A stretch of DNA of 64,000 nt from Vulcanimicrobiota bacterium (GCA_963714015.1 OY970223.1:160001-224000), one strand, 5' to 3'; positions 11,563 through 22,726 are shown, counted from the first letter of the stretch. Program-made: numbers and translations. Notes: generated by a model not told the origin, from the sequence alone.

Positions 11563-12171
11563 CTAGAGTTTGCGAACCACGGCCTCGACGCGGCCGACGA
11601 TCGTGACATCGTTCGAATAGATTGGCGCCATCGACTGATTCTCCGGCTGGAGCCGCACGCGCCCGTCTTCCTTGTAAAAGCGCTTCACCGTAGCCTCGCC
11701 GTCAAGCATCGCAACGACGATCTCGCCGTTATTCGCGCTTTTCTGCGGGCGTACGACGATGAGATCGCCGTCCAGAATAGCCGCGTCGACCATCGAGTCG
11801 CCCTGAACTCGCAACATGAAGCCGTCCGAGCTGCGCGTGAAGGAGGCCGGCAGCACGAATTCACCTTCGACGTTCTCCTCGGCCGTAATCGGAACGCCGG
11901 CTGCCACTTTGCCGATGACGGGCATTACGATCGTTTCAGGCGCCGGCGGCCCGGGGGGGTTCATCTGGCTGCGCAAGGCGCGCGGTTTGGTGGGATCGCG
12001 GCTGATCAGCCCGTGCTTTTCGAGCGACTTGAGGTGCGCGTGGATCGTCGAGGACGAGGAAAGGCCGACGCGCTCGCCGATCTCGCGGACCGACGGCGGG
12101 TAGCCCCGCTCGGCCGTGAATTGTCGGATAACGTCCAAAATGCGGCGCTGCTTTTCCGTGGCTTGCTGCAT
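11563..12171 (-). CDS. lexA: SOS repressor LexA
   Basis: GYPPSVREI winged HTH, VAAG cleavage site, GDSM and ATVKR catalytic residues. Confidence 0.97.
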   Translation of the reverse strand: MQQATEKQRRILDVIRQFTAERGYPPSVREIGERVGLSSSSTIHAHLKSLEKHGLISRDPTKPRALRSQMNPPGPPAPETIVMPVIGKVAAGVPITAEENVEGEFVLPASFTRSSDGFMLRVQGDSMVDAAILDGDLIVVRPQKSANNGEIVVAMLDGEATVKRFYKEDGRVRLQPENQSMAPIYSNDVTIVGRVEAVVRKL

Positions 12172-12261
12172 GCTCCCCCTGCCTTAGCCGCCGGGGCCCG
12201 CAAAAGGACACCCGTATGGCACAAGTTCCTGGTAAACCCTATCACAAATGCGCCTGCATGG

Positions 12262-12377
12262 CAAACATATGTTCGAGAACCCCTTGACACTACGCGAAAA
12301 GGCTGTGGTAAAATCTAGGGGACGAACAAGCGTTTGGCACAACATATAGGCAGGGTAGTATACCAAACACCAGTTCG
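12262..12377. promoter_or_regulatory. Three LexA (SOS) boxes around a sigma70-like promoter for the LysM gene
   Basis: CAAACATATGTTCG 12262-12275, CGAACAAGCGTTTG 12323-12336 and CAAACACCAGTTCG 12364-12377; TTGACA 12284-12289 and TGnTAAAAT 12306-12314. Confidence 0.85.
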
Positions 12378-12404
12378 TCGCAAGATATAGTCGAGGAGAA
12401 AGCC

Positions 12405-12686
12405 ATGGTCAAGCGTAGACGATTTACCCTGATGCCGCTCATCACCCTGGCGACCCTGAGCGCCGTCGTGACCGTTCCGGCTCTCTCGGGTATGCATCTC
12501 TACGCGGCAACGCCTCAGCATTTTGCCACGATAGTCGTCCATTCCGGAGACTCCCTTTGGAGCATCGCCTCAACCCATACGTCCACCGGTAACGACGTCC
12601 AAGAGACCGTCGATCGCATCAGCGAAGTGAACCACCTTACCACCTCCGCCATCGAGCCCGGACAGCGCCTTCGCGTCCCTGAGTGA
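12405..12686 (+). CDS. Membrane-anchored LysM protein, YneA/ChiZ-like SOS cell-division inhibitor
   Basis: N-terminal TM segment, VVHSGDSLWSIA...IEPGQRLRVP LysM domain; divergent from lexA. Confidence 0.8.
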   Translation: MVKRRRFTLMPLITLATLSAVVTVPALSGMHLYAATPQHFATIVVHSGDSLWSIASTHTSTGNDVQETVDRISEVNHLTTSAIEPGQRLRVPE

Positions 12687-12698
12687 GCGCGTAAAAAC

Positions 12699-12732
12699 AA
12701 AAAAAGGACCGCACCCTCCCGCGGTCTTTTTT
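12699..12732. terminator. Intrinsic terminator, probably bidirectional
   Basis: A-tract, GGACCGC/GCGGTCT stem and T-tract after the LysM gene. Confidence 0.75.
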
Positions 12733-12808
12733 ATTCTCTTCCGGGGAGAGACGCTTGCGCACTGCCGCGGGCCAACCGGAAGAAACCTTGACGAGCAGCG
12801 CCGAAGCG

Positions 12809-13483
12809 ATGTCCATGAGATTTCAGAGATGGAACCGTTCGCTTTGCGCAGGCTTGCTCGCCGCTCTAGCAGCGGCACTGCCTTTTTCTGCCGGCGCAGC
12901 AACGATCGATCCGGCTTTGCTGCACCCGGGTACGCTGACGGCGCAAGCGCCTGCAAAGTACGACGTTACGTTCAAAACGACCGCCGGCACGTTCGTGGTT
13001 CACGTGACGCGGGCATGGGCGCCGCACGGCGCCGATCGGTTTTACAATCTGGTGAAGCATGGATTTTACAACGGAGCAGCGTTTTTTCGTGTGCTGCCCG
13101 GCTTCGTCGCGCAATTCGGACTGAGCCCGGATCCCGCGGTAAACCAAGTTTGGGCGAATGCGACGATCCCGGACGATCCCGTGGCGACGAGCAATCGCGC
13201 GGGTTCCGTCACGTTCGCCGATTCCGGACCCAATTCACGCACGACGCAGCTCTTCATTGATTTTGCGGATAACAAACGGCTCGACGGTCTGGGATTCGCG
13301 CCAATCGGGAGCGTGAGCTCCGGCATGAATATCGTACGCAAACTGTACGGCGGTTATGGCGAGCAGCCGAACCAAGACGCCATCACGGCGTCGGGCAGCA
13401 GCTACCTGCAGCAAAACTTTCCGAAACTCGATCGTATCATCTGGGCGAAGATCCCCTCGCGCTCAAACGTCAGCGGAAAGTAA
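12809..13483 (+). CDS. Secreted cyclophilin-type peptidyl-prolyl isomerase
   Basis: Signal peptide; WAPHGADRF, FFRVLPGFVAQFG and RTTQLFI motifs. Confidence 0.85.
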   Translation: MSMRFQRWNRSLCAGLLAALAAALPFSAGAATIDPALLHPGTLTAQAPAKYDVTFKTTAGTFVVHVTRAWAPHGADRFYNLVKHGFYNGAAFFRVLPGFVAQFGLSPDPAVNQVWANATIPDDPVATSNRAGSVTFADSGPNSRTTQLFIDFADNKRLDGLGFAPIGSVSSGMNIVRKLYGGYGEQPNQDAITASGSSYLQQNFPKLDRIIWAKIPSRSNVSGK

Positions 13484-13563
13484 CTATACTAAGAGAGCAG
13501 GGTTCGGTCGAGTGCGTGGCCCCAAGGGCGCCGTCGCCGCAACGCTAACGGAGGATACGCAAT

Positions 13564-14724
13564 ATGCCCGGCCGGTCAACGCTGTCTTTGTGGGCGGGAG
13601 AGGAAACTCCGCAGCCGTTTGGAGCTTCGCAAGTTCCAATCGTTCAAAGCATCACGTTCGGATTTCCATCAGTGGAAGAGTGGCTCGCCGTGGCGACCCA
13701 TGGGCAAGCCGGCCACATCTACTCTAGAAACACCAACCCGACTGTCGCGACCCTGGAAGAAAAAATCCGGCAGCTCGAAGACGCCCAAGCCGCCACGAGC
13801 TTCTCTTCGGGAATGGCGGCGATCAGCAACACGCTGTTCGCATTGCTGGCGCCCGGAAACCGCGTCGTCGCCGTTCAGGATACATACGGCGGAACGAATC
13901 AGCTCTTCATCGATTTTTTGCCCAAAGCCGGTATCGACGTCGTCCTTTGCGAGACGAGCGATGATGCCGTCGAGCAGGCGCTGCACGACGGAGCGCAGGT
14001 CTTGTACGTTGAATCTCCGACAAACCCGACGCTCAAGGTGCTCGACATCGAGAGGCTCGCGCGCGCCGCGCATGCTTCGGCCGCATTATGCGTGGTCGAT
14101 AATACCGTCGCTACGCCCATTAACCAGCGCCCGATAGCACTGGGCGCCGATCTCGTGATTCACAGCGCTTCGAAGTTCCTCGGCGGACACGGAGACGCGC
14201 TCGGCGGCCTGGTATGCGGCACCGAGGATTTGATTCGGCAGATCTTCCACTATCGCGAGATAACGGGGGCTGCGCTCGATCCGTTTGCGGCGTACTTACT
14301 TTTGCGCGGCATGAAAACGCTATCCATTCGCGTCGAGCGCCAAAATGCCAGTGCGCTGGCCATCGCGCAATTTCTCGAGGAGCATCCTGCCGTCGAGCGC
14401 GTCTTTTATCCCGGTCTTCCGTCGCACTCGCGGCACGCCGTGGCAAAACGTCAGATGTCGGGATTCGGCGGCATGCTGAGCTTCATGCTGAAGGAAGACG
14501 GGCCCAAAGCGGCTGGTGTGCTCGATGCGCTGCAATTTGCTCATCGCGCTGCCTCGCTGGGGCACGTCGAGACGGTGGCCGGATTACCGTCTACGACCAG
14601 TCACGTGGAGTGTTCGGCGGAAGAACGCGCCGCTATGGGCATCCCGGAAACGCTCATTCGCTACTCGGTCGGCATCGAAGACGTAGACGACCTCATCGGC
14701 GATTTGCGCAAAGCGCTCGGTTAG
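13564..14724 (+). CDS. Cystathionine gamma-synthase family (trans-sulfuration PLP enzyme)
   Basis: YSRNTNPT, SSGMAAI, ESPTNP, VDNT and HSASKFLGGHGD motifs. Confidence 0.9.
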   Translation: MPGRSTLSLWAGEETPQPFGASQVPIVQSITFGFPSVEEWLAVATHGQAGHIYSRNTNPTVATLEEKIRQLEDAQAATSFSSGMAAISNTLFALLAPGNRVVAVQDTYGGTNQLFIDFLPKAGIDVVLCETSDDAVEQALHDGAQVLYVESPTNPTLKVLDIERLARAAHASAALCVVDNTVATPINQRPIALGADLVIHSASKFLGGHGDALGGLVCGTEDLIRQIFHYREITGAALDPFAAYLLLRGMKTLSIRVERQNASALAIAQFLEEHPAVERVFYPGLPSHSRHAVAKRQMSGFGGMLSFMLKEDGPKAAGVLDALQFAHRAASLGHVETVAGLPSTTSHVECSAEERAAMGIPETLIRYSVGIEDVDDLIGDLRKALG

Positions 14725-14888
14725 CCATCCACGGTGCCCGGTGCCCCCCGGAGTATTTCTCGATCTGTTAAGCGCGAAGCGGATCCATGGCGTTTTGCAA
14801 CGAGGGAACGCGAACGCCGCAAGTACGAGCGCCCGAGATTGCATGCTCGATCGGCGTCTGCCAACAGTTGGCGGGTTCCGAGCGTCTT

Positions 14889-15458
14889 ATGAGTGTGGCA
14901 TTTACCATCGAGGCTTCGCTCGTAGAGGCGGCCCGTTCACAAGCCGGCGCATTGGAAGCGCTGATCGGCGCGGTTTGGCCTGACGCATATCGTCTGGCGT
15001 ACGGGATTCTCTACGACCGCGGTTTGGCGGAGGATGCGGCGCAAGAGGCGTGCGCGGCGATGGCAATGTCGCTGAATTCGCTCAATCGGCCCGAAGCTTT
15101 TCGTTCGTGGTTTTGCCGCCTGGTCGTCAACGAGTCGATCAGCGCGAACCGCCGGCGCCGCGAGGTGGCTGCGCCGCCTGATGAGATATGTATTGCGGCC
15201 GCGCCCGATTCCACGGACGCTCTTGACTTGGCGATTGCGATTCGCGCGTTATCGCCCGAACAGCGTGCGATCGTACTGCTTCATTATTTTGCCGGTTTGA
15301 ACAGCCGAGAGATCGCGGAGGCGGCGCGCATCCCCGCCTCGACCGTGCGATTCCATCTCATGAAGGCGCGCAACGCGCTTCGCCGCGCACTTGCCGATTC
15401 GACTGCATCATCATCTTCGGAGGCCTTTTCAAATGCTCACGGACTTGCAGATTCGTAA
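14889..15458 (+). CDS. ECF RNA polymerase sigma factor
   Basis: AEDAAQEA and FRSWF (region 2); EIAEAARIPASTVRFHL (region 4). Confidence 0.85.
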   Translation: MSVAFTIEASLVEAARSQAGALEALIGAVWPDAYRLAYGILYDRGLAEDAAQEACAAMAMSLNSLNRPEAFRSWFCRLVVNESISANRRRREVAAPPDEICIAAAPDSTDALDLAIAIRALSPEQRAIVLLHYFAGLNSREIAEAARIPASTVRFHLMKARNALRRALADSTASSSSEAFSNAHGLADS

Positions 15459-16200
15459 CGCAGCGGACGTGCTGTGGCGGTCGATCGACGTACCGCCGCT
15501 GCCCATGCCCCACATCAAACAATCGATGGAACGGCGCGGCGCGAAAGCCCTCGGATCGCGCACACCGCGACTCTCGCGTCCGGCACTAGCCTTTGCGGCT
15601 ATCGTCTTCGCCGCGCTTCCGCTTCTCGCGTATTCGATCGTCTCGTACCAGACTCGTTCGCGCCAAGCGCTCGAAGCACGCGGCGGATGGGCACCGCCGC
15701 CGCCGCCCGCATCGCTATTCGCGCGCCTGAAGCCGAAGGATGTTACGCTGACGCAAGCGCGACTTGGGCTGACGTTTGCGCTTTTGCCGCCGGCGGGTGT
15801 GCCGAGCGACGCGCGGCTATCGAAGATCGAACTCGGCGCCATCGGCCTCTACAACCGCGCGACGAAGGCGTGGCAACTCGGGCCGAACGAGGTCGTATTC
15901 CGATACGACCGTGGCCGCAGCCAATTTTTCAACGTCCTCATTCAACGGTATGACGCATCGGATTTACCCGGGCGGTACATATTCGAGGATGTGGGACCCG
16001 ACCGCAAGGGCAATCCGGTACTCATTCGATACGACCAGTTCGCCTGGCGAAATGGCGATCAGATGACCCAGGCCACCACCAGCGCTGCGATCAACGATCG
16101 CGCCATCCAGGAAATCGCGCGCGCAATGCACGGCACGATGCTGCAGTTGCGGTGGCCGAACAGCGACGCCGCGGCCGGCACACTGCACGTCATCCGGTAA
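15433..16200 (+). CDS. Putative membrane-anchored anti-sigma factor
   Basis: Overlaps the ECF gene; single TM segment followed by an extracytoplasmic domain. Confidence 0.55.
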   Translation: MLTDLQIRNAADVLWRSIDVPPLPMPHIKQSMERRGAKALGSRTPRLSRPALAFAAIVFAALPLLAYSIVSYQTRSRQALEARGGWAPPPPPASLFARLKPKDVTLTQARLGLTFALLPPAGVPSDARLSKIELGAIGLYNRATKAWQLGPNEVVFRYDRGRSQFFNVLIQRYDASDLPGRYIFEDVGPDRKGNPVLIRYDQFAWRNGDQMTQATTSAAINDRAIQEIARAMHGTMLQLRWPNSDAAAGTLHVIR

Positions 16201-16231
16201 CTGGGCGCGAAGCCACACCCCAGAATCGGCG

Positions 16232-18962
16232 TCAATGGGCCTTAGCCTCGCCTAAGGCGATCGCCGCTGCGCGGCCGTGGCTAAGTGCTGCGCCCTCGTC
16301 TGAAAGCTGTGCCAGTTCCTGTTCGGGGAGCATCCCGCGCAGCGCCGCATCGTAGCGCTCGCGAATGCGTCTCGAGGCATGCTGAGAATCATACTGCATT
16401 CGTTCGAACGCGCGCTTGGTGTACGCGGCGATTCTCGCTCCGGTGACGGCGTCGCCTTCCAGCGTGCGGGCGAATCCGAGGTTCTCGATTGCGCGCACCG
16501 ACATGACGCTCTCCGCATGGACGCCCGCGTCGCGCAGAATGGCGCATCCGATTTCCGCAGCCTCTCGGGCACGGCCGGAAAAAGCCAAATAGCCGCAGAG
16601 GTCGACGCGCTGCATCAAAGCGGCCAAACGAAATTTCGTGTCTTCGTTCGGCGGGATCGTTTCCTTTAAAATGTCGATCGCGCGCGAGACGTTTCCGCGC
16701 AGAAATTCGATATCTGCGATATTCAGATCGCAAATCATGACGTTGTCCGCATCGCCGGCCTGGACTTGCGAACGCCGCGTTATCTCAAAGGCTTGCACGG
16801 CCCCCTCGTAATCACCGCACGCAGCGCAAACCAAGCCCTTCGTACTCATGAGTACCATCTGCAGCCGCGTCTCGCCGGGCGGCGCGACGGAGAACGCTTC
16901 GTCTATGGCGGCGCGCGCTTCATCGACTTTGCCGACCATTGCCGCGGCATACGCGTACGCGCGCAAACCGTTTGCAACGTACGCCGCCTTTCCGCACATG
17001 CGGGCGTACCGCAAGGCCTCCGATGCGGCGTGAAGTTGTCCCCTGGCGCCGGGCAGATACCGGACCTGCACCCACAGGCGATACTTCAGTTCGGGATGCG
17101 TATCGGGAATCAATGCGATGTAGCGGTGCAGAAACTCAATCGCTTCGTTGACGATATTCAGATGTCCCCAGACGCTCAGCACCGCGGCGGCGAGTTCTGC
17201 GCCGCGCAGCGGACTGTGCTCCAGACCGCAATTCAGAGCCGCGCGCAGGTCTTGCAGTTGCGAAAATACGGCGTCCCGGAACGGCACGCGATTGCCCGTG
17301 CGCTCCGCGCGTTCCAATTCGCCTTTGAAACGGTCGCGAAAATATTCGAGGTGCCGCTCCGCGGTTTGCTCTAGCGCTCCTGCCGCTTCGAGCTTTTCCC
17401 GGCAGTACGCGCGCGTCGATTCCAGCAGCCGATACCGCATGGGATCGGAGTCGGGCACGGTCGATACGAGCGATTTGTCGACCAGAGATTGCAGCATGTC
17501 GAGCACTTCGAGCTCGTCCGGAGGTTCGTCGCCGGCGACGGCGGCCGCGCCGTCCGCCGTAAACCCGTCTACGAAAATCGAAAGACGTCCAAATACCGAT
17601 CGCTCGGCGTCCGTCAAAAGGTCGTAGACTCCAGTCGATGAGGGCGCGCAGCGTTTGTTGCCGGGGAAGCGTCGTACGCGCGCCTCCCGTAAGCATGCGA
17701 AAGCGCTCGTCGAGCCGATCGCGCAGCTGTTGCGGGCTCAGAATTTTGACGCGGGAGGCGGCAAGCTCTATGGCGAGTGGAATGCCGTCGAGGCGGTTGC
17801 AAACGTCCGCAACGATTGCCGCATTGCTCGGCGTCAATGCGAAGCGGTTGTTCGCCGCGGCCGCGCGGTCTGCGAAGAGTTGAGACGCCTGTTCCGGCGA
17901 CAGTGAGGGGAGCCGGTACGTCGATTCGCCGGCAATTTGAAGACTCTGCCGCGACGTCGCAAGAACGCGGATATTTGGGCACTGATTGAGCAACGCCGAA
18001 ACGACGCGGCTCACGGTATCGACGAGATGTTCGCAGTTATCCAAGATCAACAGCGCTTGCCGCTCTTTGAGCGCTGCCACGAGCGCCTCGAGCGGCTCCC
18101 CACCGCCCCCTGCCGTCGATGAAATCGCCTGCGCGATTGCGGGCGCCACGTAGTCGCCGCTGGTAAGCGGGGCAAGTTCGATGAACCAAACGCCGTCCGT
18201 CGCGCGGTCGATCAGATGGGCGCCGACTTGCAGTGCCGTGCGCGTTTTGCCTACGCCGCCTGCGCCGACAACCGTCACCAGCCGGTGCGCCGCAACGAGG
18301 TCCGCAATTTGCGCCACCTCTTCATCGCGCCCGATGAACGAACTGATCTGCTGCGGCAGATTGTTGGCCAGCGCGCTCATCGATCGAAGCGGCGGAAACT
18401 CGCTCCGCAAGCCGTCTCCAACGAGTTGGTAGACGCGTTCGGGCTGCGAAAGATCCTTAAGCCGGTGCGCCCCCAAATCGAGCACTTCCGGCATTGCATC
18501 CGCGTCCCTCAGGAGATCGCTCGTCGCACCGGAAAGCAGTATTTGGCCGCCATGCGCTATCGCCAGCAATCGAGCCGCTCGATTTACCGCGATGCCGAAA
18601 AAGTCTCCATCCCGCTCTTCGCAAGCACCGGTGTGAATTGCGGCGCGAACGAGCAGTCCGTCGATGGAGCTGAAGTCTTCGGTGCTTAGCGCGCGCTGCG
18701 CGGCGGTCATCGCCGCGACGGCATCAGCGGGCCGGGAAAACGCCGAATAAAACGCGTCTCCGAGGCACTTGAAGATGTGGCCGCCGTGCTCGCTAATTGC
18801 GGCGCGCAAGATCCCATCGTGGCGGCGCAGCGCCTCCTGCATCGCCGCCGCATTGCGATCCCACCGCACGGTGCTGCCTTCGATGTCGGTGAAGGCAAAC
18901 GTCACCGCGGGCGCCGTCGCGGAAGCGGCGCGCTGCGAAAGACGTTCCGAAGACATCTGCAT
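16232..18962 (-). CDS. Adenylate/guanylate cyclase - P-loop ATPase - TPR protein, frameshift near 17620
   Basis: FTDIEGST, GDAF and NRAAR cyclase motifs; GAGGVGKT, LDNCEH and LDGIPLAIELAA; helical C-terminus in the second ORF. Confidence 0.85.
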
Positions 18963-18985
18963 ACCAGCGCCTCGGTGCCTTATTT

Positions 18986-19882
18986 CTACGCAGGAACGGC
19001 TTGGCCCGCGCGGCCGCTTAGCCGCTTTCCAAGCGGGCCCCTATCGACGAGGGGGTAGCTGAAGAAATTCGAGCCGTTGCCCACGTCGTCCCAACGAAAT
19101 CCCTCAGGCAGGTTCAGGCGGTAGTCCATCTCCGTAAGAATTCGCAGCGACTCCTTGGTTGAGTCCGGATACTCGCCGCCCATTTCCAGATAAATTAGCG
19201 GCCTGTCTCGGGCAATCAACTCCCGGGCGCCGTCCAGTACGAACGGTTCGTAGCCCTCAGTGTCGATCTTTATGAGCGCAATGCGCCGCTCGCGCAGTTG
19301 CGTAACGTCGTCGAGACGCACTACTTGAACGGATTCCGATTGTGCGCCCGAGACGTCATGCGTCAGCGTGTCGTTTCCCGACGAGCCGGAGATCCGATTG
19401 AGTGTAAGCGTGGCAGGGCTCGAGCCGCAGCCCATATTCAGCGGAGTGACGCATCCGGAAAGTCCGTTTGCGTCGATGGTGCGAAGCAGCTTCCGAAACG
19501 TTCTCGGCGACGGTTCGAACGAAAAGATCCGCCCCGACGGGCCGGTAATGGACGCCATCAGGACCGTGGTCCACCCGAGGTTTGCGCCGACGTCGATTGC
19601 GGCATCGCCAGGCTTGAGCATCGCCGAGTAGACCGGCAGATCGTTTTGATGGTACTCCGCGTCGTGCATATGATAGGTCAGCTCTTGCACGTCGCCGTCG
19701 TCCGAGTAGATCAGTTTGATCCAGCCGTAATCGGCGAACCGATCGCCGTACGGATCCTTCGGCAAACGCCGGAGCGTTGCGGCGGTCGAGTAGCGATGCG
19801 CGTGGTTGGATAGCTTTTGCAGAAGCCGAAAAGCCAGCGGACGCACGTGCTGAACGGAGAGTCGCGGCGCGCTTAACCCCAT
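18986..19882 (-). CDS. FkbM family methyltransferase
   Basis: IDVGANLG, FEP and IKIDTEGYE motifs. Confidence 0.85.
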   Translation of the reverse strand: MGLSAPRLSVQHVRPLAFRLLQKLSNHAHRYSTAATLRRLPKDPYGDRFADYGWIKLIYSDDGDVQELTYHMHDAEYHQNDLPVYSAMLKPGDAAIDVGANLGWTTVLMASITGPSGRIFSFEPSPRTFRKLLRTIDANGLSGCVTPLNMGCGSSPATLTLNRISGSSGNDTLTHDVSGAQSESVQVVRLDDVTQLRERRIALIKIDTEGYEPFVLDGARELIARDRPLIYLEMGGEYPDSTKESLRILTEMDYRLNLPEGFRWDDVGNGSNFFSYPLVDRGPLGKRLSGRAGQAVPA

Positions 19883-20009
19883 GCGCGGATGATAACACCA
19901 CTGGAAGCGCCGCAAGCGTGTCGCCGGCCCATCTCCGGCGTGGTCATCCTGCCGAAGGCGCATAGCCGAGCATGCCCATCCAAGACCGGGACCCAGCTGC
20001 GGCGCCTGC

Positions 20010-20531
20010 CTAACGCCTCCGCGGTTTTGGAAAGACTTCGGAAACCTCGAACGTCAGCCAGGGAGCGGCCGCGTGCGCAAAGCGTTCGCCGGCGTGGAAC
20101 GTGCGGACGCCGTCGAGTGAATGTGCCGCGATGGCCTTGCAAGCGGGGTCGACGTCGAGCACCAGTATGGATCCGGTTGCCAAATAGCGCTCGATCTTGC
20201 GCCGAAGGTACAGCACGCGTACCGATGGAGAGCGGATTTCTATAGCGATGTCGGGGGCGAATGGCGGCTCTTCGGCTTCTTCGTCGCTTAGCCGCCCCAG
20301 CCGTTCCTTCGAAATGAACGCGATATCGGGCACGAATTCGCTCTCGCTATTATCCGCGGCCCCCACGCAGAAGCGCCACTCGGGCCCAAACTCTCCACGT
20401 TCCGCTGCGCAACGATCGAGAATGCGTAAGAGCGCCGCCTGCACCAAGGCGTGCGTCCGCCGGGGGCTCACTTTGGGATAGGGCCGTCCGTCGAGATATT
20501 CGAGTTCCGGCGGATCGTACAACGTAACCAT
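20010..20531 (-). CDS. Uma2 family (PD-(D/E)xK) endonuclease-like protein
   Basis: EYLDG, SP..H, VPDIAF and APDIAIEIRSP motifs. Confidence 0.85.
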   Translation of the reverse strand: MVTLYDPPELEYLDGRPYPKVSPRRTHALVQAALLRILDRCAAERGEFGPEWRFCVGAADNSESEFVPDIAFISKERLGRLSDEEAEEPPFAPDIAIEIRSPSVRVLYLRRKIERYLATGSILVLDVDPACKAIAAHSLDGVRTFHAGERFAHAAAPWLTFEVSEVFPKPRRR

Positions 20532-20534
20532 GGC

Positions 20535-20744
20535 TTACCTCCTAGACACCACGATGATGCTGTGCCCTTGGTGATCGTTCAGGAACTGGAGTCCCTCGAC
20601 GATCCAGCTGTCCAGGCCTCCGTGCGAATGTTTGGCTACTTCGCGCACGACGTGAATGCGATCTTTGAGCCAGGCCAGTTCCGAGCGAGTCGTCGGCGGC
20701 CAAATAGCAACCTCGCAATCTTCGCATTGATAGCCGTTAGCCAT
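20535..20744 (-). CDS. Small putative Zn-binding protein
   Basis: 69 aa with CEDC near the N-terminus and HQGH near the C-terminus. Confidence 0.55.
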   Translation of the reverse strand: MANGYQCEDCEVAIWPPTTRSELAWLKDRIHVVREVAKHSHGGLDSWIVEGLQFLNDHQGHSIIVVSRR

Positions 20745-20871
20745 GGCCCACTCTGCGCTGTCGCAAAAAGAGCGTCCTCCAATCGGACTACAATTCATGC
20801 GGCAGACGTCTCAGCGCTTCATGGTGCGAGGAGACGTATAGTTTGCCGATGCAGTTCGATACGCTCGTGAA

Positions 20872-22670
20872 GTGGCGCTGCCCTCAATTGCTTTTGACGT
20901 AGTTCCAATTCGCCGCGAGCCGTATTCGTTCTACGAAGACTTTCCAGGCTGCCCGCAGCCGCCGCTGATTTCCCTTCCCCCAGAAAGTCGACGCATTGGC
21001 GAAGCGTTCGCTCGGTGTCAAAGACACGCCGCTCTCCCGCATGGTTCTCCAGCTCGGCGTTCAACGCAACGGGCCTTTCGGCGTTCCTGCGCAGTGCTTC
21101 AGCGCGGCTCCCGGAGCTGTTGAACAGCGTGGATATTCGGCGGTCGGCCGGGGACATTCAAAACGCCGCAACGGTAGCGATCGAGGATGACCCGGCCTGC
21201 GCCGATGCGTTTGTCCGAAGCGCAAGTCTTCTCAAAGCGGCTTGGTCGATGTATGCGGACATCTTCAGCGGCCGCTTTGCACCCGACGAACTCAACGGAG
21301 TGCCGCTCGAGATGCGGCAGTATCCGAACGTGTTCGGAACGACGTCCTGCTACGAGAACGGCGCGATCCGCCGGCGCAAGAGCGCCGCCGTTTCTCGAGT
21401 TTTGGTTCTTGCGCGCGGACAAACGTTCGTGCTCGACTTCGGCCGGGATTGGGCCAATCTGGCAATCGATGATATTGCGAGCGCCTTCAAGAAAACGTGG
21501 AGCGAATCGTACGCATCGGATGCAGCCAATCGCGGAGCGAGCCTTGGTCTAGTATCGGCGACGAACGATAAACTGCAGCGATCGCTATTCGAAACGACCC
21601 TCCGTCATGCGACGAATCGCCAATCGCTCGCGGAGCTCCAGAATACCTTCTTGACGATTTGTCTAGATTTGGATGCGGAGCCGCGATCCTACGCTGAAGC
21701 GCTGCAGATTGCTCATGGAGGAAACACGCCGAATCGCTGGTTCAACGCAAGCACGCAAATTGTGGTTTTCGGTAACGCGCGGTCTTGCGGGATTTTCAAT
21801 TTCTCCGCTTGCATCGACGGCAACGTGATGATGCGCACCGCAAGCGAGCTGCGCGCCCGTGCGGCTCGGTACACTTCCCAGGCGGAGCATCGTGCGGAGC
21901 GGATGGGGGAGTCCCCGCCGAAAGCGCGGCGGCTCCGCTGGCTCATAGATGCGCAGGTTATCAAACGGGCGCAATCCGATCTCGCACAACTCGCCGACAG
22001 CGCGCAGTTCACTTTTGAACTTCCAGGCTATGGAAGCGCGCGATTCCATTCCCGAGGATTGGAACCGGTTTCAGCCTTCGTCATGGCGGTCAATATTGCG
22101 GCGTCCCGGATACTCCGCCGAGCACCCATCGTGTCGGAGTTTCTTACGCAGTCGCGATACCGGTACATGGGCGTCCGGTCAATCGTAACGACCACTCCTG
22201 AACATTTACGTTTTTTCGAGGCATTAGAATTACCCCAGCGAGATGTTCGTCATGCGCGGGCCGCTTTCGAAAACGCCTGCGCGAAACGGGCGCAGGCCTG
22301 CCGCAATGCTCGCTCCGTCTTGGCAATTCTTCCCGCGATCGATCTCTTCCGGAGCACCCTAGACACGCGCGGCCGAAAGACGTTCAATCGCAAGCTCTAC
22401 GGGTGCGTCGCCTTGCTGAGACGGCTGGGCCTTTCGGTGCCGCCGACCGACGTCACCCTCTCCTCTCCGGCGCTCGCGCCGGGAGTCCGATTCGTGGGAC
22501 GTTCGGGTGTGCGAACGCGCAGCACCGGCGGATTCCTGATGCATTATCACCTCTTAGAAGATCGGCTGGTGGTCACCGTTATGCCCGGCATCGAATGCCG
22601 CCATTCCAACGAGACTGATGGTTGCAGAAATTCGCCGGGCTCTGGACGATCTGCTGAACCTTTTTACTAA
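20872..22670 (+). CDS. Choline/carnitine O-acyltransferase family protein; ends uncertain, probable frameshifts
   Basis: PLEMRQYPNVFGTT, VLARGQTF, ICLD and NRWFNASTQIVVFGN...IDG match the PLCMxQY..F.TT and NRWxD..Q....NG....EHS..DG family motifs. Confidence 0.75.
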
Positions 22671-22726
22671 TAGTAATTGCTCCTCCGCCGAAGGTGCGGA
22701 CGGCTGAATCGCAAACACAGATGGTT

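Noticed and set aside
16232..18962. NLR-like/Avs defence protein
   Set aside because: The cyclase-ATPase-TPR architecture is a common signalling family, and no nuclease or other effector domain is visible.
20010..20531. Anti-phage defence system built on the Uma2 nuclease
   Set aside because: It is a solitary gene of a commonly expanded family, with no partner methylase, ATPase or helicase adjacent.
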